64,000 bases of DNA from Macrostomum lignano (taxonomy: Eukaryota), in contig NIVC01000019.1 of assembly GCA_002269645.1 (NCBI GenBank), positions 992,001 through 1,056,000 of the forward strand, given 5' to 3'. The notes beneath the pieces are model-generated. The model was not told the origin of the DNA, made no database searches, and saw only the letters and a list, made by a program, of their open reading frames with translations. Positions 11,166 through 21,500 of this stretch are shown piece after piece (the stretch's first letter is position 1; the number at the start of each line of letters is the position of its first letter). The position numbers and the translations under genes are program-made.

Positions 11166-13562
11166 GCAATGTAGATAGACAGGTAGATTGACAGGTAGAT
11201 TGACAGGTAGACAGACAGGTAGATAGGCAGGTAGACAGACAGGTAGATTGACAGGTAGACAGACAGGTAGATTGACAGGTAGATTGACAGGTAGACAGAC
11301 AGGTAGATAGGCAGGTAGACAGACAGGTAGATTGACAGGTAGACAGACAGGTAGATTGACAGGTAGATTGACAGGTAGACAGACAGGTAGATAGGCAGGT
11401 AGACAGACAGGTAGACAGACAAACTCACCAACAACAGCCAACAGGATCTCGAACAGTTTGCCACCGATCAGAGGCTCCTCCAGGTCCCTGACCGCCTGCT
11501 TCAACACATTGGCAGCGTCGTGCACAGAGTAGGCGGACAGGTCCAGACTGGTCACCTCAACATCCTCGCAGGCTGACGGCTGCCTCATCAGTTGGAGCCG
11601 CAGCTCTCGCTGTCTGGCGCAGTTGCCAGTTTTTCGAAAAATGCCTTCAGTTTTGTAGCCTGCAGCAATGATTAAAAATGGGAAAGAAACGATGGGATTA
11701 TTTATGCATCCACTCGGGCCGGCAACTCCCTGCTCTGGGTGCGTCGTGCCATGTTTTACGATTTTCAAATCATAAAATTTCGCTTTTTCCCTCATCTGTT
11801 CGCCCCCAGACTTGAAATTGAGTTGTTGGCAGTAAAAAAGTAAGCCTTCTTAATTTGCGAAGTTTGATCCGAAGAAAACAGCTGCCTTGCTTTCAACTCC
11901 ACTCTTCTTTCGGGAAAGCGGTTGTGGGGCCTAATATCTAGAGGGGGGACCTTGGGCATTCCATTTTGGGACTTGGGGATAGTGATCCTAATGGATTCCA
12001 TTTCGGGACTAAGGGATAGTGATCCTAATGGATTCCATTTCGGGACTAAGGGATAGTGATCCCAATGGATTCCATTTTGGGACTTAGGGATAGTGATCCT
12101 AATGGATTCCATTTCGGGACTAAGGGATAGCGATCCCAATGGATTCCATTTTGGGACTTGGGGATAGTGATCCCAATGGATTCCATTTTGGGACTTAGGG
12201 ATAGTGATCCCAAATGGGGGATTTGGGAGAGGGACAATTAAACTTGCATATGCAAATTATAAGCAAATCAAGACAATAGCAAATAATAAAAAAATATCTC
12301 TACTCACGTTCGTGCTCAGTCAGAAATTCAATCAGCTGACAAATTCTGTTAACAAACAATGGACAGTGAATGCTGCCTGACACAGCATTGGGTGTGACCG
12401 GCGCTGTTGCCTTGACAACCGACGGAGAGCGAGGAACGCAACTTTTCGAACGCTTGCCTGCGCAATAATTAAGATTTTAAAAATGGTAGGTTTATTACCT
12501 GTCTTTATTAAGCTTTATAAAAGGTAAACCGATTGCCAGACACAGAGGCTGGCCAACAGACAGACAGACACACGGGCCATGATGATGATGATAAATATTG
12601 AATGAAGCTGCTGGGTCTGTATGCTGCACGGCGCGTGCACGATATATGAGTGTTAAATCTTTTTTAAGCTGTTCAAACAGTCTGTCTGCATGTATCCTGG
12701 AGTCTCTCCTCTTTCTTCAACTCCTAAACTTGACCCCGCGTGACCTTACTACTCGTGCATAAATAAAAATTCGAGTAAGTTATAGAAAACAACTCCATAG
12801 TGCCTGTCTTGTGAGTCAATTGAATTAAAAAAGAAGTTTACTTCAAGTGCGCGGACCAGATGAAAGAAAGTCACGCGTATAGCCTAGGTTCTCTCCCTTC
12901 AGATTTCATTATTTAGTTAAAAACAGATCGGTAACCTGGCCTCTGCGTGGCAACTATCTAAACTATATAGAAAGTAAAATAATCTTGAATTAAAACTTAC
13001 ATTTGCTTCTAGTAGAGGCACTGGAAGCAGAAGACAGAACGGGAACTGGGAGGCGAAGCATTCGACGCCGATGCTGCTGCTGCTGCTGCTCCTTGCTCCG
13101 GCGAGGCTTCGGCGAGGCGCAGTCGAATGCCGAATCGTCGTCGAAAATTGGCAGCTCGACTAGGAAAGAGAGCTGGACGCGGACCAGGTCGCGAAATTTC
13201 TCGGGATTTCTGCGCCGGTAGCCGCGAATGGCGCAGGCAACGGCGCCGTCGGCCAGACGGTTGGCTGGGTCCAGCACCGAGTCCAAGCGATGGCAGTAGG
13301 ATCGAATGCCGTCCTGCACGAATTAGGAATTAGGAATTAGGAAGACGATTAAGCGAACAGCAATAACGTATTAATGGTCTCGATCTAGATGGACTATTTG
13401 TATTATTATTAAATAATATCATATATGCAATATGCATAGTCATAGATGGCTAACATAATCATATGATACATATGCCCTATGGCTATGCGAGCAACTTACC
13501 AGGTCTGCCTGCGCTTGGCTGCCAATAGCGGATGCTTGAGTCGGTGTCTGCAGTTGTGCCAT
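8198..13562 (-). CDS. ARHGAP19: Rho GTPase-activating protein, ARHGAP19-like (9 coding exons, 780 aa)
   Basis: Exons 13562-13500, 13313-13001, 12457-12308, 11659-11429, 11083-10824, 10700-10596, 10323-9796, 9233-9162 and 8818-8198 join with GT-AG sites and consistent phases (2343 nt). RhoGAP domain with arginine finger (YKTEGIFRKTGN) and later NLGTVFGPVL. RRRNPEKFRDLVRVQLSFLVELP, RICQLIEFL, LNRSATFLI and QLQALCAHIRRLPDSREKRRL recall ARHGAP19-family segments (from memory, not a database search). Confidence 0.85.
9162..9233 (-). CDS. ARHGAP19: RhoGAP exon 8 (KRFHRAAMRSCAKLMSVDEIGVAE)
   Basis: TTTCAG acceptor, GTAAG donor, phase 0. Confidence 0.65.
9305..9778. repeat. 20-bp minisatellite CACTGAAGGATCTGAGGGGT (RhoGAP intron 7)
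   Basis: About 23 tandem units. Confidence 0.95.
9796..10323 (-). CDS. ARHGAP19: RhoGAP exon 7
   Basis: CAG/GTGAG sites, 176 open codons, includes ORF 9769..10047. Confidence 0.8.
10385..10520. repeat. 17-bp repeat AAATGTACTTTTACTTG (RhoGAP intron 6)
   Basis: About 7 units. Confidence 0.85.
10596..10700 (-). CDS. ARHGAP19: RhoGAP exon 6 (QQQQVEM..LNRSATFLISNCCQLAE)
   Basis: Pyrimidine tract plus (CAG)5 acceptor, GTGAG donor, phase 0; start ambiguous in 3-nt steps. Confidence 0.75.
10824..11083 (-). CDS. ARHGAP19: RhoGAP exon 5 (..MGADNLGTVFGPVLF..)
   Basis: CAG/GTGAG sites; C-terminal half of the RhoGAP domain. Confidence 0.9.
11088..11421. repeat. Compound (AGAT)n plus (ACAGGTAG..)n microsatellite (RhoGAP intron 4)
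   Basis: Fills the intron almost end to end. Confidence 0.92.
11429..11659 (-). CDS. ARHGAP19: RhoGAP exon 4 (arginine finger EGIFR)
   Basis: CAG/GTGAG sites; part of ORF 10782..11795. Confidence 0.9.
11955..12215. repeat. 37-bp minisatellite GGGACTTAGGGATAGTGATCCCAATGGATTCCATTTT (RhoGAP intron 3)
   Basis: About 7 units. Confidence 0.92.
12308..12457 (-). CDS. ARHGAP19: RhoGAP exon 3 (..RICQLIEFLTEHE)
   Basis: CAG acceptor, GTGAG donor, phase 1 to 1, open frame. Confidence 0.8.
13001..13313 (-). CDS. ARHGAP19: RhoGAP exon 2
   Basis: CAG acceptor, GTAAG donor; corresponds to ORF 12990..13319. Confidence 0.85.
13500..13562 (-). CDS. ARHGAP19: RhoGAP exon 1 (MAQLQTPTQASAIGSQAQADL)
   Basis: ATG at 13562, GTAAG donor, phase 0, in frame with exon 2. 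Confidence 0.7.
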
Positions 13563-13879
13563 ACTCGTTGTATAGTAAGGCACGTTCGAGAGCATATATT
13601 TAGCGGCTTGGGCTTTTACCCTCTCTGATGCTTCGATTGCTAATCAATATCAAAGTGACCTACTTTCTAAAGCTATAATATTTAATAGCTGTGCTGTATA
13701 ATAAAGTACTTGTTTAAATTGGACTCTATAGTCTAGACCTAGTAATTACTTTAGTCAAGTTGTTAGTGCTTTTAGTTACGTGGTCCCGACCAGTCCTTAA
13801 TATAGTCCGGGCCCGGGGCAGCCCTATTTCAAGGAGTGGGGTTGGACAAAGTGTGAATTCAACTGAAAGGGGGGTTTGG

Positions 13880-14110
13880 TTGGTCCGGACTGGTGAGGTG
13901 GGTGTGTGCGAGAGAAATAGGCGCCCAAATGGGGTGGCGTGTGAAATCTGGTGGAAAGTGGGAGGAGGCGGCCGTGAAATGTACAGTGGGCCGCTTCTTA
14001 TTGGCTGCGCCAATCTTTTACAGTGCAGAGCCCAATTAAACTACCACTTTGCCCTACGGCCAGGCCAATACTGTTTCCTCTACACAGTGGCGTCAATGAC
14101 GCCTTCTTGC
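13880..14110. promoter_or_regulatory. Candidate promoter upstream of the RhoGAP gene
   Basis: GC-richer island about 350-550 nt upstream of the ATG. Contains ATTGG (14000) and CCAAT (14010, 14065) boxes, GGCGCC at 13920-13925, and the palindrome GGCGTCA-A-TGACGCC at 14089-14103. Confidence 0.35.
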
Positions 14111-15329
14111 TACGCAGTTCGCACTTCCACTATCTTATGGCTAAGAAAAAGGTAGCTAAAGTTAGTTTTCTCAATCAAAAATCAAGAATTATGCAAACGT
14201 TTTTTTTCACACATCCTATATTCTCACAACACAATCAGTTACACAACTTAACTGATTTCTTTTTTCAAATCAGCTGTTTAGTTGTCTTGTTGGGTAAAAT
14301 TGTTCAAAAACCTTGGCTTAACAAAGGCGTAGACGCAGTTACAGAATGATTGCTGAATGAAACCAAAGAATGAAAGGGGGCCTGCATCTAATCAACCAGA
14401 AGATCTATATGCTTTTTGAAGCTATGGAATGCGTAACGAGCTTTATTGCTTTGTCCAATGTTATTTTATTGAAAAGGATCTGGATTCTTGAAGGAAGGTC
14501 AGCTGTTCTGTGCCCATCAAACAAATGCTGGAAATTCAGTGCACATGCACACGCATGCACAAGCGCAATTGGGTTTGGTGTTCATTGCCCAATGCAGCCG
14601 CAAAGCATGCAGACACTGGCCATGGAGATTAAGAAAATAATAACTCATATTAAAATTAGGCCTTATCGACACGCTGGATCAACACAGAAAGTCCCCGATC
14701 AAGACCAAGTATAAAGCCAGTCATCCGACTGTCAGCCTCCGCTGCCTGTCACCGTCACCGCGTGACAGACTTCAAATTCCTCATCTGTGATGATGCAACA
14801 ACAGCAACAAGCTTCTGTCTATGCAACTCTGTGCTCTGTTGCTATCTAGTTGGCGATGGTCATACTCGGAGGTCCTGCAGGCATCGATCCCCAGACCCTA
14901 GTTGGCTTCTTGACTTATAGACAGGTTGTCATGCATCTGCCCTGGCCGCGGGATGATGAAACTGACACTGAGGGATAGAGGCGGCTCCCGCATCCTTTAC
15001 CCAAATATATCCCCAAAATCATCAAAGCCAATGGTCACTTCATCTCCAGCTGCCCGTCTTAGGTGCAATCATCGCGATGATGAGATGACACAATGCATGC
15101 GCTATGCTATATATGCCTGTGCCTTACGCCTGATTAATTCTGCATATCGTAACAATACTTGCGTTTGCATTGGCGTTCGGCTTGGAAACTAAAAAAAATT
15201 ATGCGACAAGTTTGATTTGTTATATTTAGATAGTTGATTGCATCCCTCGATTATATTGCTATATTTATTACTTAATAATAAAGTAAATTATTTTATTTAA
15301 GTAAGCGGACTGTAAGCCGATTGAACTCA

Positions 15330-16208
15330 AATAGGCGCCTAGATCAGACTCAGATAGACGCCTAGATCAGACTCAAATAGCGCCTAGATCAGACTCAAAA
15401 TAGGAGCCTAGATCAGACTCAAATAGACTCCATAGATCAGACTCAAATAGGCGCCTACATCAGACTCAAATAGCGCCTAGATCAGACTCAAACAGGCGCC
15501 TAGATCAGACTCAAATAGGCGCCTAGATCAGACTCAAAATAGCGCCTAGATCAGACTCAAAATAGGAGCCTAGATCAGACTCAAATAGACGCCTAGATCA
15601 GACTCAAATAGCGCCTAGATCAGACTCAGAATGGCGCTTAGATCAGACTCAAATAGACGCCTAGCTCAGACTCAAATAGCGCCTAGATCAGACTCAAAAT
15701 AGGAGCCTAGATCAGACTCAAATAGACGCCTAGATCAGACTCAAATAGGCGCCTACATCAGACTCAAATAGCGCCGAAATCAGACTCAAATAGCGCCTAG
15801 ATCAGACTCAAACAGGCGCCTAGATCAGACTCAAACAGGCGCCTAGATCAGACTCAAATAGGCGCCTAGATCAGACTCAAAATAGGCGCCTAGATCAGAC
15901 TCAGATAGACGCCTAGATCAGACTCAAATAGCGCCTAGATCAGACTCAAAATAGGAGCCTAGATCAGACTCAAATAGACTCCTAGATCAGACTCAAATAG
16001 GCGCCTACATCAGACTCAAATAGCGCCGACATCAGACTCAAATAGCGCCTAGATCAGACTCAAACAGGCGCCTAGATCAGGCTCAAACAGGCGCCTAGAT
16101 CAGACTCAAATAGGCGCCTAGATCAGACTCAAAATAGGCGCCTAGATCAGACTCAAAATAGGCGCCTAGATCAGACTCAAATAGCGCCTAGATCAGACTC
16201 AACAGACT
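15330..16208. repeat. 22-24 bp minisatellite TAGATCAGACTCAAATAGGCGCC
   Basis: About 38 units with an internal block duplication. Confidence 0.95.
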
Positions 16209-16987
16209 CAATATTGTATGAGCCATACGTATGAGCATTAGCAAATATGCGACACTATTCACCATCAATATTAACCCATAAACATAACAGAAGTGTTAAC
16301 TCCATTATTAATCCTTTGTTATGCTATAATATCAACAATACTTGTTAACAAGTTTCATTGTTCTGCAATTTTGCATTGTTCAGCACAGACGCATTGTCTT
16401 GTGACTGGCTATATCATGTACTGCGCGTGGCTTACATGCTGCACACGGAGTTTTAACACCTTGTAATCTTGTTTATGGATGGCCAATTTTCCCAATTTAG
16501 TTATGTCCACAAACAGCAGGGGATGTGACTGAATGAGTCTCTTGTTTCGGAGAAAGGTTCAGGCTGCAGGTGTCAGACTGAAAAGCCCCCCTTAATTGCT
16601 TCGCCCATGCCACTGCGGGTACACCAGCGATTAAGCCAATTTATGCACCTGGGAAAAGTGGGCCCCGCGCGCGGCATCCTTTGACGCGCACGCACCAAAC
16701 GTGGGGGCAATAAACCTAATTAAGCAAATAAACTTTACTCTTGAAGAAGTGAGCTGCAGAGACTGGGGCTGGAAAAGCTGATTAAAATTCAGACATTTCT
16801 GGCCTTCTCCCTCACATTCTGACTGCGTCCAAACAGAAGAAGACAAGCATGTGAGAATCTGGAGTCACTGCAGAACTATGGTTGGACACGCTTCGATTCT
16901 TACAAAATTTCAATGCCAACTTTTATGAATTTTTGTTATAAACAAACAATTTAAGTAAAACCAAGTTTACTGGCAAAGTGAATCTGC

Positions 16988-17716
16988 TAACTCTTCAACT
17001 GACTCTCTCTGGTATCTCTCCTCAACTGACTCTCTCTGGTATCTCTCCTCAACTGACTCTCTCTGGTATCTCTCCTCAACTGACTCTCTCTGGTATCTCT
17101 CCTCAACTGACTCTCTCTGGTATCTCTCCTCAACTGACTCTCTCTGGTATCTCTCCTCAACTGACTCTCTCTGGTATCTCTCCTCAACTGACTCTCTCTG
17201 GTATCTCTCCTCAACTGACTCTCTCTGGTATCTCTCCTCAACTGACTCTCTCCGGTATCTCTCCTCTCTCACTGACTCTCTCTGGTATCTCTCCTCAACT
17301 GACTCTCTCTGGTATCTCTCTTCAACTGACTCTCTCTGGTATCTCTCCTCAACTGACTCTCTCTGGTATCTCTCTTCAACTGACTCTCTCTGGTATCTCT
17401 CCTCTCTCACTGACTCTCTCTGGTATCTCTCCTCTCTTACTGACTCTCTCCGGTATCTCTCCTCTCTCACTGACTCTCTCTGGTATCTCTCCTCTCTCAC
17501 TGACTTTCTCTGGTATCTCTCCTCTCTCCTCTTTCACTGACTCTCTCTGGTATCTCTCCTCTCTCACTGACTCTCTCTGGTATCTCTCCTCTCTCACTGA
17601 CTCTCTCTGGTATCTCTCCTCTCTCACTGACTTTCTCTGGTATCTCTCCTCTCTCCTCTTTCACTGACTCTCTCTGGTATCTCTCCTCTCTCACTGACTC
17701 TCTCTGGTATCTCATT
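16988..17716. repeat. 27-bp (grading to 30-bp) minisatellite CTCAACTGACTCTCTCTGGTATCTCTC
   Basis: Tandem units with a polar change in variant type. Confidence 0.95.
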
Positions 17717-18505
17717 CTGACTCCTGACTCTCCGAGTCCTATACCTGTATTTTTTACGAGCTAAGATTCTCTCTCCGTCTGTCTCATATTACCATCTAGC
17801 TGAGTATTCTCTTTTATATCCTTGATCTAGGACTCTATTCTTCATGTCTTCGTACAGGAAACTGTCAGCGCTAACAGTTTTGTGAGCAAAAGTTATCTGA
17901 ATTAAAAATTTTGAAATAATATTGTTTCTTTTGACCCGGAATCTGATTAAGTTCTGGACTCTGGTCGATCGGCTGATCCGAGCACTCAACGAACTCAAAA
18001 TTCATGGCCAGATGGAGCGCATGAGTCGAGCATAGTAATCAACTATTAGGCTATATACTATAGGTATGCCATTCCTCATGTATTCCCTTCAGCTAAAAGA
18101 ATTAGTGGATCTGGGGGGGGGGATTTTCGTGTCAAGTGTCAACAGAGAACACTCTTCAGGATCAAGACAGACATTCCCTTGTTTGGCAACCCGAAATTGC
18201 TCAAATAGCTGTTGGAGGCCGATTCCACTGGCGCAACACATGTAGGCCGGCCATCAATCACAGGGGTGCACCCTGTGTGCTCTTCTGAACTGTCTGTCAG
18301 CTTTTCCTTTTTTCTCTCCGGGTTCCCATTTACAAATCCATTTAACATTGTCCAACTCATTCTCAAGCCACTTTTCTCTCCCACTGCAGAGTCCTATTGC
18401 TGTCACTTTTACATAAACGAGCTCTGTGTTTGTTATTTCACAGCCTCCGAGCACGTTTTTAACTTCACCTCCAGTTGTATCCTACTCTTCTCTTCCCTCT
18501 CTGCC

Positions 18506-21500
18506 TCCGCCCTCTCCTCTCCCTCTCCGTCTCTCCCTCTCCGTCTCTCCCTCTCCGTCTCTCCCTCTCCGTCTCTCCCTCTCCGTCTCTCCCCTTCTGT
18601 GTCTCCCTCTCCGTCTCGCCCTCTCCGTCTCTCCCTCTCCGTCTCTCCCTCTCCGTCTCTCCCTCTCCGTCTCTCCCTCTCCGTCTCTCCCTCTCCGTCT
18701 CTCCCTCTCCGTCTCTCCCTCTCCGTCTCGCCCTCTCCGTCTCTCCCTCTCCGTCTCTCTCTCTCCGTCTCTCCCCTTCTGTGTCTCCCTCTCCGTCTCT
18801 CTCTCTCCGTCTCTCCCTCTCCGTTTCTCCCCTTCTGTGTCTCCCTCTCCATCTCGCCCTCTCCGTCTCTCCCTCTCCGTCTCTCTCTCTCCGTCTCTCC
18901 CCTTCTGTGTCTCCCTCTCCGTCTCTCTCTCTCCGTCTCTCCCTCTCCGTCTCTCCCTCTCCGTCTCTCCCCTTCTGTGTCTCCCTCTCCGTCTCTCCCC
19001 TTCTGTGTCTCCCTCTCCGTCTCGCCCTCTCCGTCTCTCCCTCTCCGTCTCTCTCTCTCCGTCTCTCCCCTTCTGTGTCTCCCTCTCCGTCTCGCCCTCT
19101 CCGTCTCTCCCTCTCCGTCTCTCTCTCTCCGTCTCTCCCCTTCTGTGTCTCCCTCTCCGTCTCTCCCCTTCTGTGTCTCCCTCTCCGTCTCGCCCTCTCC
19201 GTCTCTCCCTCTCCGTCTCTCTCTCTCCGTCTCTCCCTCTCCGTCTCTCCCTCTCCGTCTCTCCCTCTCCGTCTCTCCCTCTCCGTCTCGCCCTCTCCGT
19301 CTCTCCCCTTCTGTGTCTCCCTCTCCGTCTCGCCCTCTCCGTCTCTCCCTCTCCGTCTCTCTCTCTCCGTCTCTCCCCTTCTGTGTCTCCCTCTCCGTCT
19401 CGCCCTCTCCGTCTCTCCCTCTCCGTCTCTCCCCTTCTGTGTCTCCCTCTCCGTCTCTCCCCTTCTGTGTCTCCCTCTCCGTCTCGCCCTCTCCGTCTCT
19501 CCCTCTCCGTCTCTCTCTCTCCGTCTCTCCCTCTCCGTCTCTCCCTCTCCGTCTCTCCCTCTCCGTCTCGCCCTCTCTCGTCTCGCCCTCTCCGTCTCTC
19601 CCCTTCTGTGTCTCCCTCTCCGTCTCGCCCTCTCCGTCTCTCCCTCTCCGTCTCTCTCTCTCCGTCTCTCCCCTTCTGTGTCTCCCTCTCCGTCTCGCCC
19701 TCTCCGTCTCTCCCTCTCCGTCTCTCTCTCTCTCCGTCTCTCCCCTTCTGTGTCTCCCTCTCCGTCTCTCCCTCTTCTGTCTCCCTCTCCGTCTCTCCCT
19801 CTCCGTCTCTCCCCTTCTGTGTCTCCGTCTCCGTCTCGCCCTCTCCGTCTCTCCCTCTCCGTCTCTCTCTCTCCGTCTCTCCCTCTCCGTCTCTCCCCTT
19901 CTGTGTCTCCCTCTCCGTCTCGCCCTCTCCGTCTCTCCCTCTCCGTCTCTCTCTCTCCGTCTCTCCCCTTCTGTGTCTCCCTCTCCTCTCTCCCCTTCTG
20001 TGTCTCCCTCTCCGTCTCGCCCTCTCCGTCTCTCCCTCTCCGTCTCTCTCTCTCCGTCTCTCCCTCTCCGTCTCTCCCTCTCCGTCTCTCCCTCTCCGTC
20101 TCTCCCTCTCCGTCTCTCCCCTTCTGTGTCTCCCTCTCCGTCTCGCCCTCTCCGTCTCTCCCTCTCCGTCTCTCCCTCTCCGTCTCTCCCCTTCTGTGTC
20201 TCCCTCTCCGTCTCTCCCTCTCCGTCTCTCCCTTCTGTGTCTCCCTCTCCGTCTCGCCCTCTCCGTCTCTCCCTCTCCGTCTCTCTCTCTCCGTCTCTCC
20301 CCTTCTGTGTCTCCCTCTCCGTCTCTCCCCTTCTGTGTCTCCCTCTCCGTCTCGCCCTCTCCGTCTCTCCCTCTCCGTCTCTCCCTCTCCGTCTCTCCCC
20401 TTCTGTGTCTCCCTCTCCGTCTCTCCCTCTCCGTCTCTCCCCTTCTGTGTCTCCCTCTCCGTCTCGCCCTCTCCGTCTCTCCCTCTCCGTCTCTCTCTCT
20501 CCGTCTCTCCCTCTCCGTCTCTCCCTCTCCGTCTCTCCCTCTCCGTCTCTCCCTCTCCGTCTCTCCCCTTCTGTGTCTCCCTCTCCGTCTCTCCCTCTCC
20601 GTCTCTCCCCTTCTGTGTCTCCGTCTCCGTCTCGCCCTCTCCGTCTCTCCCTCTCCGTCTCTCTCTCTCCGTCTCTCCCTCTCCGTCTCTCCCTTCTGTG
20701 TCTCCCTCTCCGTCTCTCCCTCTCCGTCTCTCCCCTTCTGTGTCTCCCTCTCCGTCTCGCCCTCTCCGTCTCTCCCTCTCCGTCTCTCCCTCTCCGTCTC
20801 TCCCTCTCCGTCTCTCCCCTTCTGTGTCTCCCTCTCCGTCTCGCCCTCTCCGTCTCTCCCTCTCCGTCTCTCTCTCTCCGTCTCTCCCTCTCCGTCTCTC
20901 CCTCTCCGTCTCTCCCTCTCCGTCTCTCCCTCTCCGTCTCTCCCCTTCTGTGTCTCCCTCTCCGTCTCTCCCTCTCCGTCTCTCCCCTTCTGTGTCTCCC
21001 TCTCCGTCTCGCCCTCTCCGTCTCTCCCTCTCCGTCTCTCCCTCTCCGTCTCTCCCTCTCCGTCTCTCCCTCTCCGTCTCTCCCTTCTGTGTCTCCCTCT
21101 CCGTCTCTCCCTCTCCGTCTCTCCCCTTCTGTGTCTCCCTCTCCGTCTCGCCCTCTCCGTCTCTCCCTCTCCGTCTCTCTCTCTCCGTCTCTCCCTCTCC
21201 GTCTCTCCCCTTCTGTGTCTCCCTCTCCGTCTCTCCCCTTCTGTGTCTCCCTCTCCGTCTCGCCCTCTCCGTCTCTCCCTCTCCGTCTCTCTCTCTCCGT
21301 CTCTCCCCTTCTGTGTCTCCCTCTCCGTCTCGCCCTCTCCGTCTCTCCCTCTCCGTCTCTCTCTCTCCGTCTCTCCCCTTCTGTGTCTCCCTCTCCGTCT
21401 CTCCCCTTCTGTGTCTCCCTCTCCGTCTCGCCCTCTCCGTCTCTCCCTCTCCGTCTCTCTCTCTCCGTCTCTCCCTCTCCGTCTCTCCCTCTCCGTCTCT

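Noticed and set aside
13320-13341. (AATTAGG)3, telomere-like
   Set aside because: Only three copies of a 7-mer in an intron; not an interstitial telomeric tract.
14995-15062. Minus-strand GFDDFGDIFG resembling the DnaJ DIF motif
   Set aside because: About 20 codons, no J-domain exon found, probably chance.
15330-16208. CRISPR-like appearance of 22-38 bp repeat arrays (also 46990-47421)
   Set aside because: Units are directly adjacent with no unique spacers, there are no cas genes, and the context is eukaryotic.
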